Below the pieces are notes generated by a model. That model saw only the letters and a program-made list of their open reading frames with translations. It made no database searches and was not told the DNA's origin. Both the position numbers and the translations under genes were made by a program. From Anaeramoeba ignava BMAN (lineage: Eukaryota; Protista; Anaeramoebae), in NCBI GenBank assembly GCA_028826165.1, contig JAPDFW010000064.1:62001-126000 (forward strand): DNA of 64,000 nucleotides, read 5' to 3'. Below, in pieces: positions 25,288-39,138 of the stretch. How positions within the stretch are numbered: the stretch's first letter is position 1; each line of letters begins with the position of its first letter.

Positions 25288-25465
25288 TTTATAATAAAAA
25301 ATAAATTTAAAGAGAAAAAATGAAATTAAAAAAAAAATGAAAAAAATGAAATAAAAAAAAAAAGTGGAACAAATTCAAGAAAAAAAGATAAAATAAATTG
25401 AAAAAAGAAATCAAATTGTTTAATTTGTTTGGAAAAAAAAAGAAAAAAAAAGAGAAAAAAAAAAA

Positions 25466-28400
25466 TCACTTTTTGCTTTTTGGTTCTTTTTCGCATAACA
25501 AAGAAAATTCTTTCAATCTTTGAGCGGAAGTAATAGGAACATTCAATATAGCAGATTGGATTTCGGGAACATGATTAAAATTGAAGGGAAATCTTTGGAA
25601 GTTTGAAATGATTTCAATCAAACGGAATTGAGAAACGAATTTTTCGACTTGAATTCTATTTTTCTCATCAATATCTATATAAGAAGATTCGATACTATTA
25701 ATATCAGTGAAGAAGTGTTCCAAAGAAGGAATACAAGGGGGATGAAGGGCTTTGTAGTGGTTTTTATACTGGGATTTAAGCTGCAATTCTTTCAACTCAT
25801 CTTTGAGTTCTTGAAGCGCTTTTTTTTGCTGTTTTCCTAGTTTATTCCATGTTTTTCTGAGTCGCGCAATTGGATCTTGATTAAAAGCTTCAAGAACCGT
25901 TACCAAACTTGCATAATTATTCATTTTTCTTAAATGAATAGCAACATCGACTAATTTAAATAGCGTTTTTGACCGTTTGCTCATTTTTGGATACTTCACA
26001 ATATGATAAACAACCCAATTGATTAAATTTTTTAAATATTGATCATATTCAGCCATATTTTTCACGTTTTTGATTTTCGGTTTTCCTTTTTGAAACCCCT
26101 CCTTTACAAATATCCCCCAATTTCGGAACTCAAGCGGCGTTATTTTGGAAAAGAAGGCAAATTCAATAAGCGAGATTTGCCGAGCAAGTTCAAGAGAGTC
26201 GTTGTCCAAAACAACGTCGTCAACATGTTTTTTGGATGTTTTTTTCTTCCTCAAAATTGAGCTTGGAATTTCTTGTTGAAAAATATTGTAAATTTCTGGC
26301 TTGGCAAAAATATCATAAACCCAGATATCATGCCAATCTTTGTGCTGGACACAAAGAGCACCCTCTTTCTTCGAAAATGAGAAGTGAAGCTTCTCGTTAT
26401 TGTTTGCAATGTCTTTCTCAATAACTTTTATAACATCATCGTCAAGTCGCCAAGAGTCGTACCAGTTGGGCGACTCTTTATTTACTAACTGCGTCCGTGT
26501 TTCTGTGAATATTTTTTGGGAAAATTGCTCCAATTGTTCAGAAACTGCATATTTGATTGGCAAAATTTCTGCCGGAAAAGCCGTTGTGTTTCGAGAAAGG
26601 AAATCAAGAAGAATCCCGAAAATTTGGTTTGGTTCAAATTCTTCTTTTGTTTCGGATTCCTTCTGTTTTTTCTGAAATAAAGTGTTTAAATTTTCTTTTG
26701 AAAGTGTTTGGCTTTGTGTTTTTTTGGGGATTATTTTGGATTCAAATGAACTTGTAGATTTGGGTGGTTGAATAAGAGAATTTTCCGTTTTGGATCGTTC
26801 GATTTGAACAGGTTTTGGAATTGGAGGTATTTCTGTTGGAATCATTTCAGAATCAATAGGAGGTATTGGAGGCAATGATGTCAGTTGTGGAAATGATGTT
26901 AAAGGTGGGAGTTCTTCCGTTATCGGTGGCGGAGGAGGCGGCAATTCTATCGGTTCAGTTTGTGATCTTATTGGCAATTTGGGCGCCGTTTTTGGTGGAA
27001 GTTTTGGTGGAAGTAATTCTTTTGATGAGCTTGTTTTTCTTATCGATGGTTTTGATAATGGAGTTGGTGATTTTTCTTTTGGTGGTGTTTCTTGTGGTTT
27101 CACTTGGAAAAATTGCTCCAAGCTACTTATTGTTCGTGATATTTTTTGTGGTGCTCTTCGTCCGCTTGTTTGTCCTGATTTTTCACTTTCCTTTTTATTT
27201 GATTCATTGCTAACATTCTGGAATAAATTGATTTTGTTTTTGAGTCCTCCTCTTGGAATCCCTCTAATTATTTGTTTGGGTGGTTCTTTTGGATCTCCTC
27301 TTGGAAATCCTCTTGGAAACCCTCTGCGTTGTCCTCTTGGTGGACCTCTGCGTTGTCCTCTTGGTGAGCCTCTTGGTTGTCCTCTTGGTGAGCCTCTTGG
27401 TGAACCTCTTCTTGTTCCTCTTGGTTGTGATCTTGGAATATTACTTTTTTCATTAATATTTTCATTAATACTTTTATTAATATTTTGATCTTCTTTATTT
27501 TCATCTTTATTATCATCTTTATTATCATCTTCTTTATTTTCTTCATTATTATCTTTATTATTATCTTCTTCTTTTTCATCTTTATTTTCATCTTCTTGAT
27601 TTTCATCTTCTTATTTTCATCTTCTTGATTTTCATCTTTATTATCATCTTTATTATCTTCTTTTTCATTTTGATTTTCATCTTCTTTATTTTCATCTTTA
27701 TTTTCATCTTCTTGATTTTCATCTTCTTTATTATCTTCTTTATTATCATCTTCTTTATTATCTTCTTTTTCATCTTCTTTATTATCTTCTTTATTTTCAT
27801 CTTCTTTTTCATTTTGATTTTCATCTTCTTTATTTTCTTCTTTTTTTTTTTTTCTTTTTATTTTTTCATCTTCTTTTTTTTTTCTTTATTGTCTTCTTTA
27901 TTATCTTCTTTTTCATCTTTATTATTTTCATCTTTATTATCATCTTCTTTTTCATCTTTATTATCTTCTTTTTCATCTTCTTTATTATCATCTTCTTTAT
28001 TATCTTCTTTATTATCTTCTTTAATATTTTCTTTATCATCTTCTTTTTTTTGATTTTCATTTTGATTTTCATTTTGATTTTCTGCTAATATATTTTCTTC
28101 TTGAAATGAAACATCACTCGAATCTCCAAATGATGAATAACTTGTAATATCCTTTTGTTCTGACAAAGAAGACTTAATTGTTTGTTCAGCATTTTTCGAT
28201 TTTCCTTTCCGTTTCTTTTTACTTTCCATCTCTTCAATTTTCTTAATCTCTTCATAAAATATCTTGTTTAAATCTCCCAATGGCATCTTATCTTGCTTTT
28301 TGGATGCATAATTTTGAATATAGAAAACTTCCACTTTTTTCATTTGTTCTTCAAATTTTTCCACATTGAAGAATTTATATTGATTCAAAACAAGAAAATT

Positions 28401-31400
28401 GAATTTGGGGAAATTTGACTTATTAATCAAATTGTTTTCATGAAAATCCGAAAATAATTCATAAATCCATGTCACAATAAGAATTGTAATTCGAGCGCGC
28501 ACAAATTTTCCTTTATTTGAAAGTTCAGGCTCAAAATAAATAAATTTGGAAATGTATTCGTCTGGATTTTCAAAAATGGTGATTAATTTTTTAAGAAATA
28601 ATTTTCTTTTCATGAAATTTCTGAAGAAATAAAGAAAATGAATGCAAAATTGATAATCAAGCAAAGGTTCTGTTAGAATTCTATCGAGTAATTTATCAAA
28701 AGTTCCAAATGAAATTTTGGGGAATTTATATCTTGGGAAATGCTGAACATTAACTTCTTCAAATAGTTCAATCATATTCTTGCATTTTGTAAATCCTTTC
28801 TCTTCTGCAAGTTGGAGTGCAGTTTTGCCTTCAGAATCCATTTGAGAAATAGTGGCGTTATATTCAATTAATATTTTGGTAAATTTGACATCGTTTCTTA
28901 AAATAGCCATATGCAAAACTGTGGCTCCGCTGAAATAATCTTGTTGTTTAATATCAGCAAATTTGCTGATTAATATATCAAAAGCAGCGAAATTCTGTCC
29001 TGAAACAGTAGCTAAAAGTGGATTAGTGTACATATTGATTAAATATCGAAATCCATATTTGGAAATGTCTTTTAATTCCTTTTCGGTTAAACTTGTGTTT
29101 GTTTTCTTGATTTTGATCTCGTTTTGTTGAATAAATGTTAATAAGTTTTGTCCATCTACGTTTGCTCCATCGTTGATTAATTGGGGAATGTTTGTGTTGT
29201 TTCTGTAAAAACATGCATTGATTAATGCAACGTCTAAAATCACAAAAAGAAATGAATATTGTTTTTTCAATGATGCGTATTTAAGTGGATTTATTCCTTT
29301 AAAGTTTTTGAGATATGGGTTTGCATTTCGATCAAGAAGTAGAAAGCATAAATCAGTATTTTGTTTTTTGACTGCATAATGAAGCGGCTAACAAATATTT
29401 TATAAATAAGTTTTCAAATATTTTATAAATAAATTTTATAAATAAATTTTATAAATAAATTTTATAAATAAATTTTATAAATAAATTTTATAAATAAGTT
29501 TTCAAATATTTTATAAATAAGTTTTATAAATAAGTTTTATAAATAAATTTTATAAATAAATTTTAATAATTTAGATTAACTTACAACACGACCCTTTTGT
29601 AAATAAAATTTGGAATAAGTTTTCAAATAAATTTTATAAATGAAGTTTTATAAATAATTTTTCAAACTGAAAAATGAAGAGAAGTGTAAATTAACAAAAG
29701 CACCATTAGAAATGAGAAATTTTTAAATAAATTTTATCAAATGATTGATCAAATAATTTTATAAATAAGTTTTAAATAAATTATATCCATTATGACATTT
29801 GAACGTTAATTTATAAATCCAAGTTTTTAATTAATTTTATAAAAGTTTTATAAACAAATTTTATAAATAAGTTTTTTTTGCTGCAAAATAAATAAGTTTT
29901 TTTAAATAAGTTTTTGTTTCTATAAATTTTATACCCCATTTTATAAATATTTTAAAAACAGAAATATTTTTATAAATGAATTTATATGTCTTTATAAATA
30001 AGCATCATTAGTGATTCATTATCAGAAAATTTCTATTTTTTTAATCAAATTTTATAGATTATTTTATTAATTAGTTTTTATTAATTATTTTATTAATTAT
30101 TTTATTTAATTATTTTATAAATTATTTTTATAAATTATTTTCAAATAAATTATTTTTATAAATATTTTTTAAATAATTTTTTCAAATTATTTTATAAAAT
30201 TTTTAATTATTTTATAAATTATTTTCAAATGAATTTTATAAATAAATTTTAATTATTTATTTTATTATTTTTTATAAATTTTTTTGGAAAGCTTTATTAT
30301 CAAATTATTTTAAATTTTAAAATTTGAAATTTGAAAAATTATTTCAAATTATTTTATTAATTAAAAAATTATTTTAGAAATAATTATTTTTTATTTTGAT
30401 TATTAATAACTAAATTTTAATTAATTATTTTTATTTGAATTTAATGTTTAATTATTTTATTAATTATTTTTTAATTATTTCCTTTAATTATTTAGTAATT
30501 TTTTCCTCCAAATCTTGTTTCTGAAATTAATTATTTTATTAATTATTTTATTAATTATTTTCATTTTTAATTAATTTTATAGATTATTTTATTAATTATT
30601 TTATTAATTATTTTATTAATTATTTTATTAATTATTTTATTAATTATTTTATTATTTATTTTATTAATTATTTTATTAATTATTTTTATTAATTATTTTA
30701 TAAATTATTTTATTAATTATTTTATTAAATTATTTTATTAATTATTTTATTAATTATTTTATTAATTATTTTATTAATTATTTTATTAATTATTTTATTA
30801 AATTATTTTATTAATTATTTTATAAATTATTTTATTAATTATTTTATTAATTATTTTATTAATTATTTTATTAATTATTTTATTAATTATTTTATTAATT
30901 ATTTTATAAATTATTTTATTAATTATTTTATTAATTATTTTATAAATTATTTTATTAAATTATTTTATTAATTATTTTATTAATTATTTTATTAATTATT
31001 TTATTAATTATTTATTAATTATTTTATAAATTATTTTATAAATTATTTTATAAATTATTTTATAAATTATTTTATTAATTATTTTATTAATTATTTTATT
31101 AATTATTTTATTAATTATTTTATTAATTATTTTATAAATTATTTTATTAATTATTTTATTAATTATTTTATTAATTATTTTATTAATTATTTTATTAATT
31201 ATTTTATTAATTATTTTATTAATTATTTTATTAATTATTTTATTAATTATTTTATTAATTATTTTATAAATTATTTTTTTAATTATTTTATTAATTATTT
31301 TATTAATTATTTTATTAATTATTTTATTAAATTATTTTTTGCAAATTATTAATTATTTTATTAATTATTTTATAAATTATTTTATTAATTATTTTATTAA

Positions 31401-33620
31401 TTATTTAATTAATTATTTTATTAATTATTATTAATTATTTTATTAATTATTTTATAAATTAGTTATTTTATTAATTATTTTATTAATTATTTTATAAATT
31501 ATTTTTATTATTTTATAAATTATTTTATTAATTATTTTTATTAATTATTTTATTAATTATTTTATTAATTATTTTATTATTATTTTATTAATTATTTTAT
31601 TAATTATTTTATTAATTATTTTATTAATTATTTTTATTAATTATTTTATTAATTATTTTATTAATTATTTTATTAATTATTTTTAATATTTTTATTTATT
31701 TATTTTTATTAATTATTTTTATAAATTATTTTTTATTAATTATTTTTATTTTATTTTTATAAATTATTTTATTTTTATTAATTATTTTATTAATTATTTT
31801 ATTATTAATTATTTTATTAATTATTTTATTTTTATTTTTTATTTTAATTATTTTATTTTATAAATTATTTTATTAATTATTTTTATTTTATTAATTATTT
31901 TTTTAATTATTTTATAAATTATTTTATTAATTATTTTATTAATTATTTTTTATTATTATTTTATAAATTATTTTTATTAATTATAAATTATTTTTATAAA
32001 TTATTTTATTAATTATTTTTTAATTATTTTTAAATTATTTTATTAATTATTTATAAATTATTTTATTAATTATTTTATTAAATTATTTTATTAATTATTT
32101 TATTAATTATTTTATTAATTATTTTATTAATTATTTTATAAATTATTTTATTAATTATTTTATTAATTATTTTATAAATTATTTTATAAATTATTTTATT
32201 AATTATTTTATTAATTATTTTATTAATTATTTTATTAATTATTTTATTAATTTATTTTATGAAATTATTATTTTATTTAATTTATTATTTTATTTATTAT
32301 TATTTTATAAATTATTTTATAAATTATTTTATAAATTATTTTATAAATTATTTTATTAATTATTTTATTAATTATTTTATTAATTATTTTATTAATTAAT
32401 TTATTATTTAATTTATTATTTAATTTTATTAATTATTTTATTAATTATTTTATTAATTATTTTATAAATTATTTTATAAATTATTTTATTAATTATTTTA
32501 TTATTTATTTTATTAATTATTTTATAAATTATTTTATTAATTATTTTATAAATTATTTTATTAATTATTTTATAAATTATTTTATTAATTATTTTATAAA
32601 TTATTTTATTAATTATTTTATTAATTATTTTATAATTATTTTTATTAATTATTTTATTAATTATTTTATTAATTATTTTATTAATTATTTTATTAATTAT
32701 TTTATTAATTATTTTATTAATTATTTTATTAATTTTTTATTAATTATTTTATAAATTATTTTATTATTTTATTAATTATTTTATTAATTATTTTATTAAT
32801 TATTTTATTAATTATTTTATTAATTATTTTATTAATTATTTTATTAATTATTTTATTATTTATTTTATTAATTATTTTATAGATTATTTTATTAATTATT
32901 TTATTAATTATTTTATTAATTATTTTATTAATTATTTTATTAATTATTTTATTAATTATTTTATTAATTATTTATTAATTATTTTATTAATTATTTTATA
33001 AATTATTTTATTAATTATTTTATAAATTATTTTATTAATTATTTTATAAATTATTTTATTTATTATTTTATTAATTATTTTATTAATTATTTTATTATTT
33101 ATTTTTAATCAAATTTTATAGATTATTTTTTATAATTTCAAAAAAAAAAAGCAAAAAATACATTTAATTTAGCATTATATTTCAAAAGAACTTTTAGACA
33201 AGAAACACGACCATAACGACAAGCGTAATGAATTGGAGAAAAACCAAGATTATTAACAGAATCGGGGTCAGCACCAGTAGCCAAAATTCTTTCACAAAAC
33301 TGATGATTTCCAAGCAAACAAGCGATATGAAGAGAAGTCCAACCGAAATTATTTTTTGCATTAAGATTCATTCTGTATGAAATTAATACATCAAGACACT
33401 CAATATTAGGCGTTGGATCTAAACAGCAATAATGAACCCCTGTATCTCCTGTGTTGCTTTTTGAATGAATAAGTACTCTTCTTGCTACTGTTGGATTTAG
33501 TAATTTTGGTATCACTTGTGATTCTCCTTCAAAATTTGAATTCCAAAACATCGGTCGTTGTATCATGTTCTCTTCATCTTGTCCTTCAATTATTACCCCT
33601 TTTTTCTTGTTTAATGTCAT
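25466..33620 (-). CDS. Ankyrin-repeat Ras guanine nucleotide exchange factor (ankyrin repeats - REM - acidic/RG/Pro-rich linker - CDC25 domain)
   Basis: Exon 33162-33620 has GWTSLHIAC and GFSPIHYAC ankyrins. A corrupted exon lies at about 29585-30032. The exon from 29387 has PLHYA, GATVLHMA and GTFDKLLDRI (REM). CDC25 motifs are ELARQISLIEF, LINWV, MNNYASL, IARLRKTW and PPCIP. Frameshifts fall in the low-complexity tract at about 27480-27900. Confidence 0.88.
30050..33135. repeat. Intronic 12-bp array (TTTTATTAATTA)n, about 3.1 kb, in RasGEF intron 1
   Basis: Direct reading. Donor at 33161. Confidence 0.93.
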
Positions 33621-33759
33621 TTCTTTTTTAAATTTGTAGTTTGAATTTTTAAGTTTTTTTTTTTTTTGAAAGAAAAAAAATGAAAAAAATTAAAATTAAA
33701 AATGAAAAATTTTTGTTTTGTTTTTTTAAGAAAAGATCAAAAAGAAGAATTAAGAATTC

Positions 33760-34110
33760 AGTTAGAATTAAGATTAAGAATTAAAATTAAAATTAAAATT
33801 AAAATTAAAATTAAAATTAGAAATTAAAATTAAAATCAGAATTAAAATCAAAATCAAAATCAAATTAAATTTAAAATTAAAATTAAAATTAAAAATTAAA
33901 ATTAAAATTAAAATTAAAATTAAAAATTAGAATTAAAATTAAAATTAAAATTAGAATTAAAATTAAAATTAAAATTAAAATTAAAATTAAAATTAAAATT
34001 AAAATCAAAATTAGAATTAGAATTAGAATTAAAATTAAAATTAAAATTAAAATTAAAAATTAAAATTAAAATTAAAATCAAAATCAGAATTGGAATTAGA
34101 ATTAAACTAA
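33760..34110. repeat. Intergenic (AAAATT)n hexamer array between the divergent RasGEF and SCYL2 genes
   Basis: Direct reading. Confidence 0.9.
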
Positions 34111-34169
34111 AAAATTTTTTTCATTTTTTTCATTTTTTCATTTCATTTTTTGATAATATTTTTTTTAAA

Positions 34170-37100
34170 ATGGGAAATCAAATTAAAAAAGATTTTAATA
34201 TTGAAGAACAAAAAGCTTCAGGAGGACCAAATTTATGTTGGAAAATTTATCCAGCAACAACTAAAAAAACACATGAAAAAGTTTCTTTATTTTGTTTAGA
34301 CAAAGAATCAATAAAATCAAAGAAAAAAGAAAAAAAGCAATTTTTAGAAATGATTCGAAAATCAATTAGTTTACAATCTAATATTAATCATCCAAACATT
34401 TTATCTGTCAAATCTCAAATAATTGAAAGTAATTCTATGATTGCTTTTATTTCTGAACCTATTTATGCTTCAATTGCAAATATTTATGGAAATTTATCAA
34501 ATATTGAATTTATTGATTCAAATATGAAGGAATATGTTTTTGATGCTTTTGAAGTAATTTTAATTTATAAATGAATTTTAATTTATTAATTCTTAATTTG
34601 AATTTTAATTTATAAATGAATTTTAATTTATAAATGAATTTTAATTCTTAATTTTAATTTTAATTTTTAAATGAATTTTAATTCTAATTTATAAATGAAT
34701 TTTAATTTATAAATGAATTTTAATTTATAAATGAATTTTAATTTAAATTTAAGATAACTGAAGGAATTAAAACAATCTCAAAAGCTCTTGATTTTTTACA
34801 TAATATGGAAAAAATTGCTCATTTATCAATTTCTCCAGAATCAATATTTATCACAGAAAAAGGAGAATGGAAATTAGGATCTTTTGAATTTTCTGGAAAA
34901 TTAACAGAATCAGAAAATATGATTGAAACTGCTAATTTTAATTTTACAATAAATGTAAATTATTTTATTAAATTATTTTATTAAATATTTTATTATTTAT
35001 TAAATATTCATTAAATATTTTATTTTTCAAAAGGATAATACTCGTTTAAGTCCTCTTCTTTCATTTACAGCACCAGAAGTGGCTTTGCAAAAAAAAGCTT
35101 CTTTAAATTCTGATATGTTTTCATTAGGATTACTAATTCATTACCTATTTGAAAATAAAACAAACAAATCTGATTATTTACTTATTAACAAAAATGAATC
35201 ACTAGAAAATTATTCTCAATTTATCGATAATTTAAACTCAAAAATAACAGAAGATCCTGATTATTTTGTCTCTTTTTATTGCTCAAATCTTGATGAACAA
35301 GAAATCAATTGTTTGAAAAAAATCCCCTTTTATAGATTATTGGATAAAAATATTTTTTCCAGAATTAACTCAAGAGACTTTGTTTCAATCGATTATTCAG
35401 ATCAAATGAGATTGCAAATCATTAATTATTTGGAAAATTTGAAATTTAAAGATTCTCAAGATAAATTCAAATTTTTAAAAGGATTAATTCATGTTCTTCA
35501 ATCATTTTCAAGAAATGTGATCAAAAACAAAATTTTGGCAAAATTAATTGAGGTTTTGAATGATGATAAAATTTTGCCACAAGTTTTGCAAATCATTTTG
35601 ATTATTATCGAAAGTCATCTACAAGTCAATGAATTCGAAGAAATTATCCTTCCAAATATTAAAAAATTCCTCACAGATCCTGATCAATTTTACTTAGTTT
35701 ATAAACTCTTTATTCAGAATCTCCACATTTTATTTTCTAAATCTTCTCCAAAAACTCAAGAAGAATGTAAGCAAAAATCAAAAATAATCAAAAATCAAAA
35801 ATCAAAAATCAAAAATCAAAAATCAAAAATCAAAAATCAAAAATCAAAAATCAAAAATCAAAAATCAAAAATCAAAAATCAAAAATCAAAAATCAAAAAT
35901 CAAAAATCAAAAATCAAAAATCAAAAATCAAAACATTTTTTTTAAATTTTCAAAAAAATTCTATAAAATGAAAAAGATTTGGTTCCTTTTATTTTCCAAC
36001 ATCTTGAAAATCATAACAATCAACTTCAACAAGAAATGATGCAAAAATTACGAAATTTAGCGACTAATATTGATTCAAGAGTATTAACAGATCAAGTTGT
36101 TCCCAAAATAATATCAATGATTCAAAACAAAGATGAAAATCTTTCATACAAAATACAATTAATGATTACTTTAAATACTTTATTAAATTATATGGATATG
36201 CCATCAATCGAAGTTCAAATTATTCCTTATTTATCAAAATTATCAGATTTAGATTCTTCTCCTGCTTTAATCATGGCAATTCTAGGGTTGTCATTTACAA
36301 TAATCAAAAAATCTAATTTTGAAAATGCATGCATTATTAAAATAATTCCATTATTGCTTGATCTTTCATTGAGTCAACAGCTTAATTTAGAGCAATTCGA
36401 GAAATTTATCAAAATAACTGAAAAAATGCTCCAAACTTTATTTCAAAGCAGATTAAATCAATTTGATGGGAATGAAACCCAAAATCAATCATTTTCGCTG
36501 ATGAGCAATTTATCTAAAAAGGAGCAGAATATAAAACAATCTGAAATATTACCACAAAAGGAATATGCCAATGACAATAATATTAACCAATTACAGAATA
36601 AAGGATTTGATAAAAATGATAATCCAGAAAACCAACAATCGATTTTTGCAAAAAAGCGTAAAAAATTTACCAAAAAGAACAAGTCTAAACAAAGTTTATC
36701 AAGATATTCCAAGTTGAAAAAATCTCAAAATTTCAAAGATAATAAATCTCAAAAAATGCAAGTTAATTCTTCTGTGCTAAATTCTGATTCCCTTGGGTTA
36801 TTTGATAATCTTTCTTTTCACCAACCAGTTAATAGTGAGAAGAATAATGGAATTCAGAATATGAATGAATCTGAAAGTATTTCTGAAGAATCAGAAAATG
36901 AAGAAACAAATCACCAAAACCAAAACCAAAATCAAAACCAAAACCTATTATCAGGATTAAATATTTTTAATGGAATGAATATTAATCAAAATCAAAATCA
37001 AAATCAAAAAAACCAAAAAAGTGAATCAGAATCAGAATCCTATTCAGAATCAGAATCAGAATCAGAAAATGAAAATCAGAATCAGAAAATGAAAATGAAA

Positions 37101-38584
37101 ATGAAAATGAAAATGAAAATGAAAATGAAACAAATAATAAAAATACTTTATATTCAAATATTCAAGAATCAAAAATAGATTTAAATCAAGCAGGAAATTT
37201 ATTATCAGGATTAAATATATTTAATGGAATGAATATTAATCAAAATGAAAATTTAACCCAAAATCAAAATCAAAATCAAAAAAACCAAAAAAGTGAATCA
37301 GAATCCTATTCAGAATCAGAATCAGAATCAGAAAATGAAAATGAAAATGAAAATGAAAATGAAAATGAAAATGAAACAAATAATAAAAATACTTTATATT
37401 CAAATATTCAAGAATCAAAAATAGATTTAAATAAATTTCAAAATCAAATTCAAAATTCAAAATCAAAATCAAAATCAAAATCAAAATCAAAATCAAAATC
37501 AAACAGGAAATTTATTATCAGAATTAAATATATTTAATGGAATGAATATTAACCAAAATGAAAATTTAACCCAAAATCAAAATCAATATCAAAAAAACCA
37601 AAAAAGTAAATCAGAATCACAATCACAATCACAATCAGAATCAGAATCCTATTCAGAATCAGAAAATGAAAATGAAAATGAAAATGAAAATGAAAATGAA
37701 AATGAAAATGAAAATGAAAATGAAAATGAAACAAATAATTCAAAAAAAATCAAAAATCAAAATCAAAATCAAAAACCAAAAAGTGAATCAAAATCAAAAT
37801 CAAAATCAAAATCAAAATCAAAATCAAAATCAGAAAGGAAAATGAAAATGAAAATGAAACAAATAATAAAAATACTTTATATTCAAATTTCAAAATCAAA
37901 ATCAAAATCAAAATCAAAATCAAAATCAAAATCAAAATCAAAATCAAAATCAAAATCAAAATCAAAATCAAAATCAAAATCAAAATCAAAATCAAAATCA
38001 AAATCAAAATCAAAATTAAAAATCAAAATCAAAAAGGAAATTTATTATCAGAATTAAATATGTTTAATGGAATGAATATTAATCAAACCAAAACTCCACA
38101 AATAAAACAACAAAATAACAATTCTTTTATGAGTGATCTATCTTTCATCGAAAATAAAGACCAAAAAATTCAAGAAAAACAAAATTCATTTTTCGGAATA
38201 AATCCAATAAATCAAAAACAAGAACCAATAAAAACCAATGAAGATTTGTTATCAATATTTGATACAAATAGAACACAAACACAAACACAAACAGAAGTGA
38301 ATGATTTTGATATTTTTATTGGTAAAAAAGAACAGCAAGTAAATCCAAAAAAGAATAAATTAAGTTTATCTCATAAAAAACTTAAATCAAGTCGAGAAAT
38401 TCGAATTCCTTTTAATCGCAAAAAACAAAACCAACAAAATAATTCGAATCAAAAAGATGTTTTCAATGAATTCCTTAATTTAATTCCTGATAAACAAGAG
38501 GAAAAAAAAGATTTTCCACAAAATTCGAATTCATTTTCAATGTTTGATTCTTTGGAAATTGTTTCAAATCAAAAAAAAATTTAA
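34170..38584 (+). CDS. SCYL2: SCY1-like pseudokinase (SCYL2/CVAK104-like) with HEAT repeats and a low-complexity repetitive C-terminus (frameshifted as assembled)
   Basis: MGNQI..ASGGPNLCWKIY; HPNILSV..AFISEPIYASIAN; ALDFLHN..AHLSISPESIFITEKGEWKLGSFEF; PLLSFTAPE; SDMFSLG; KFKFLKGL; LNLEQFEKF. Introns at about 34554-34753, 34955-35033 and 35767-35977. Confidence 0.85.
35770..35932. repeat. 7-bp (AAAAATC)-type array in a SCYL2 intron
   Basis: Direct reading between gtaagc (35767) and ..aaag (35977). Confidence 0.85.
36948..38090 (+). repeat. Internal coding tandem duplication in the SCYL2 tail: four anchors TTATCAG(G/A)ATTAAATAT..TTTAATGGAATGAATATTAA separated by 6-bp NQ/ES/EN runs
   Basis: Anchors at about 36948, 37202, 37515 and 38045, encoding LLSGLNIFNGMNINQ. 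Confidence 0.85.
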
Positions 38585-39050
38585 AACTGGAATTATATTT
38601 GGAATTATGATTAAAATTGGAATTAAAATTAAAATTAAAATTAAAATTGGAATTGGAATTAAATTTAAAATTGGAATTGGAATTAAATTTAAATTTAAAA
38701 TTGGAATTAAATTTAAATTTAAAATTGGAATTAAAATTTAAATTTATAATTAAATTTAAAACTGGAATTAAAATTGGAATTAAAATTGGAATTATATTTA
38801 AAATTAAATTTAAAACTGGAATTATATTTGGAATTATGATTAAAATTAAATTTAAAACTGGAATTGGAATTGGAATTAAAATTAAATTTAAAACTAAATT
38901 TAAAACTGGAATTGGAATTAAATTTAAAATTAAAATTGGAATTAAAATTAAATTTAAAACTGGAATTGGAATTAAATTTAAATTTAAAATTGGAATTAAA
39001 ATTAAAATTGGAATTAAAATTAAATTTAAAACTAAATTAAAAATTAAAAT
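38585..39050. repeat. Intergenic 6/12-bp array (AAAATT, GGAATT, AAATTT, AAAACT)
   Basis: Direct reading between the SCYL2 stop and the FNTB 5' region. Confidence 0.85.
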
Positions 39051-39061
39051 AAAAAAATATT

Positions 39062-39130
39062 TTTTTCATTTTTCATTTTTCATTTTTCATTTTTCATTTT
39101 TCATTTTTCATTTTTCATTTTTTCATTTAT
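39062..39130 (+). promoter_or_regulatory. Tandemly reiterated (TTTTCAT)n initiator-like motif upstream of FNTB
   Basis: About nine copies ending about 10 bp before ATG 39139. Confidence 0.5.
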
Positions 39131-39138
39131 TTTGGAAA

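Noticed and set aside
25628-27488. Plus-strand ORFs antisense to RasGEF, and similar antisense ORFs over other genes
   Set aside because: Shadow ORFs of real coding sequence or of low-complexity tracts.
38617-39138. N-terminal 174 aa of the 365-aa ORF upstream of FNTB
   Set aside because: Read-through of intergenic repeats. The credible start is ATG 39139, just after the TCATTTT motifs.
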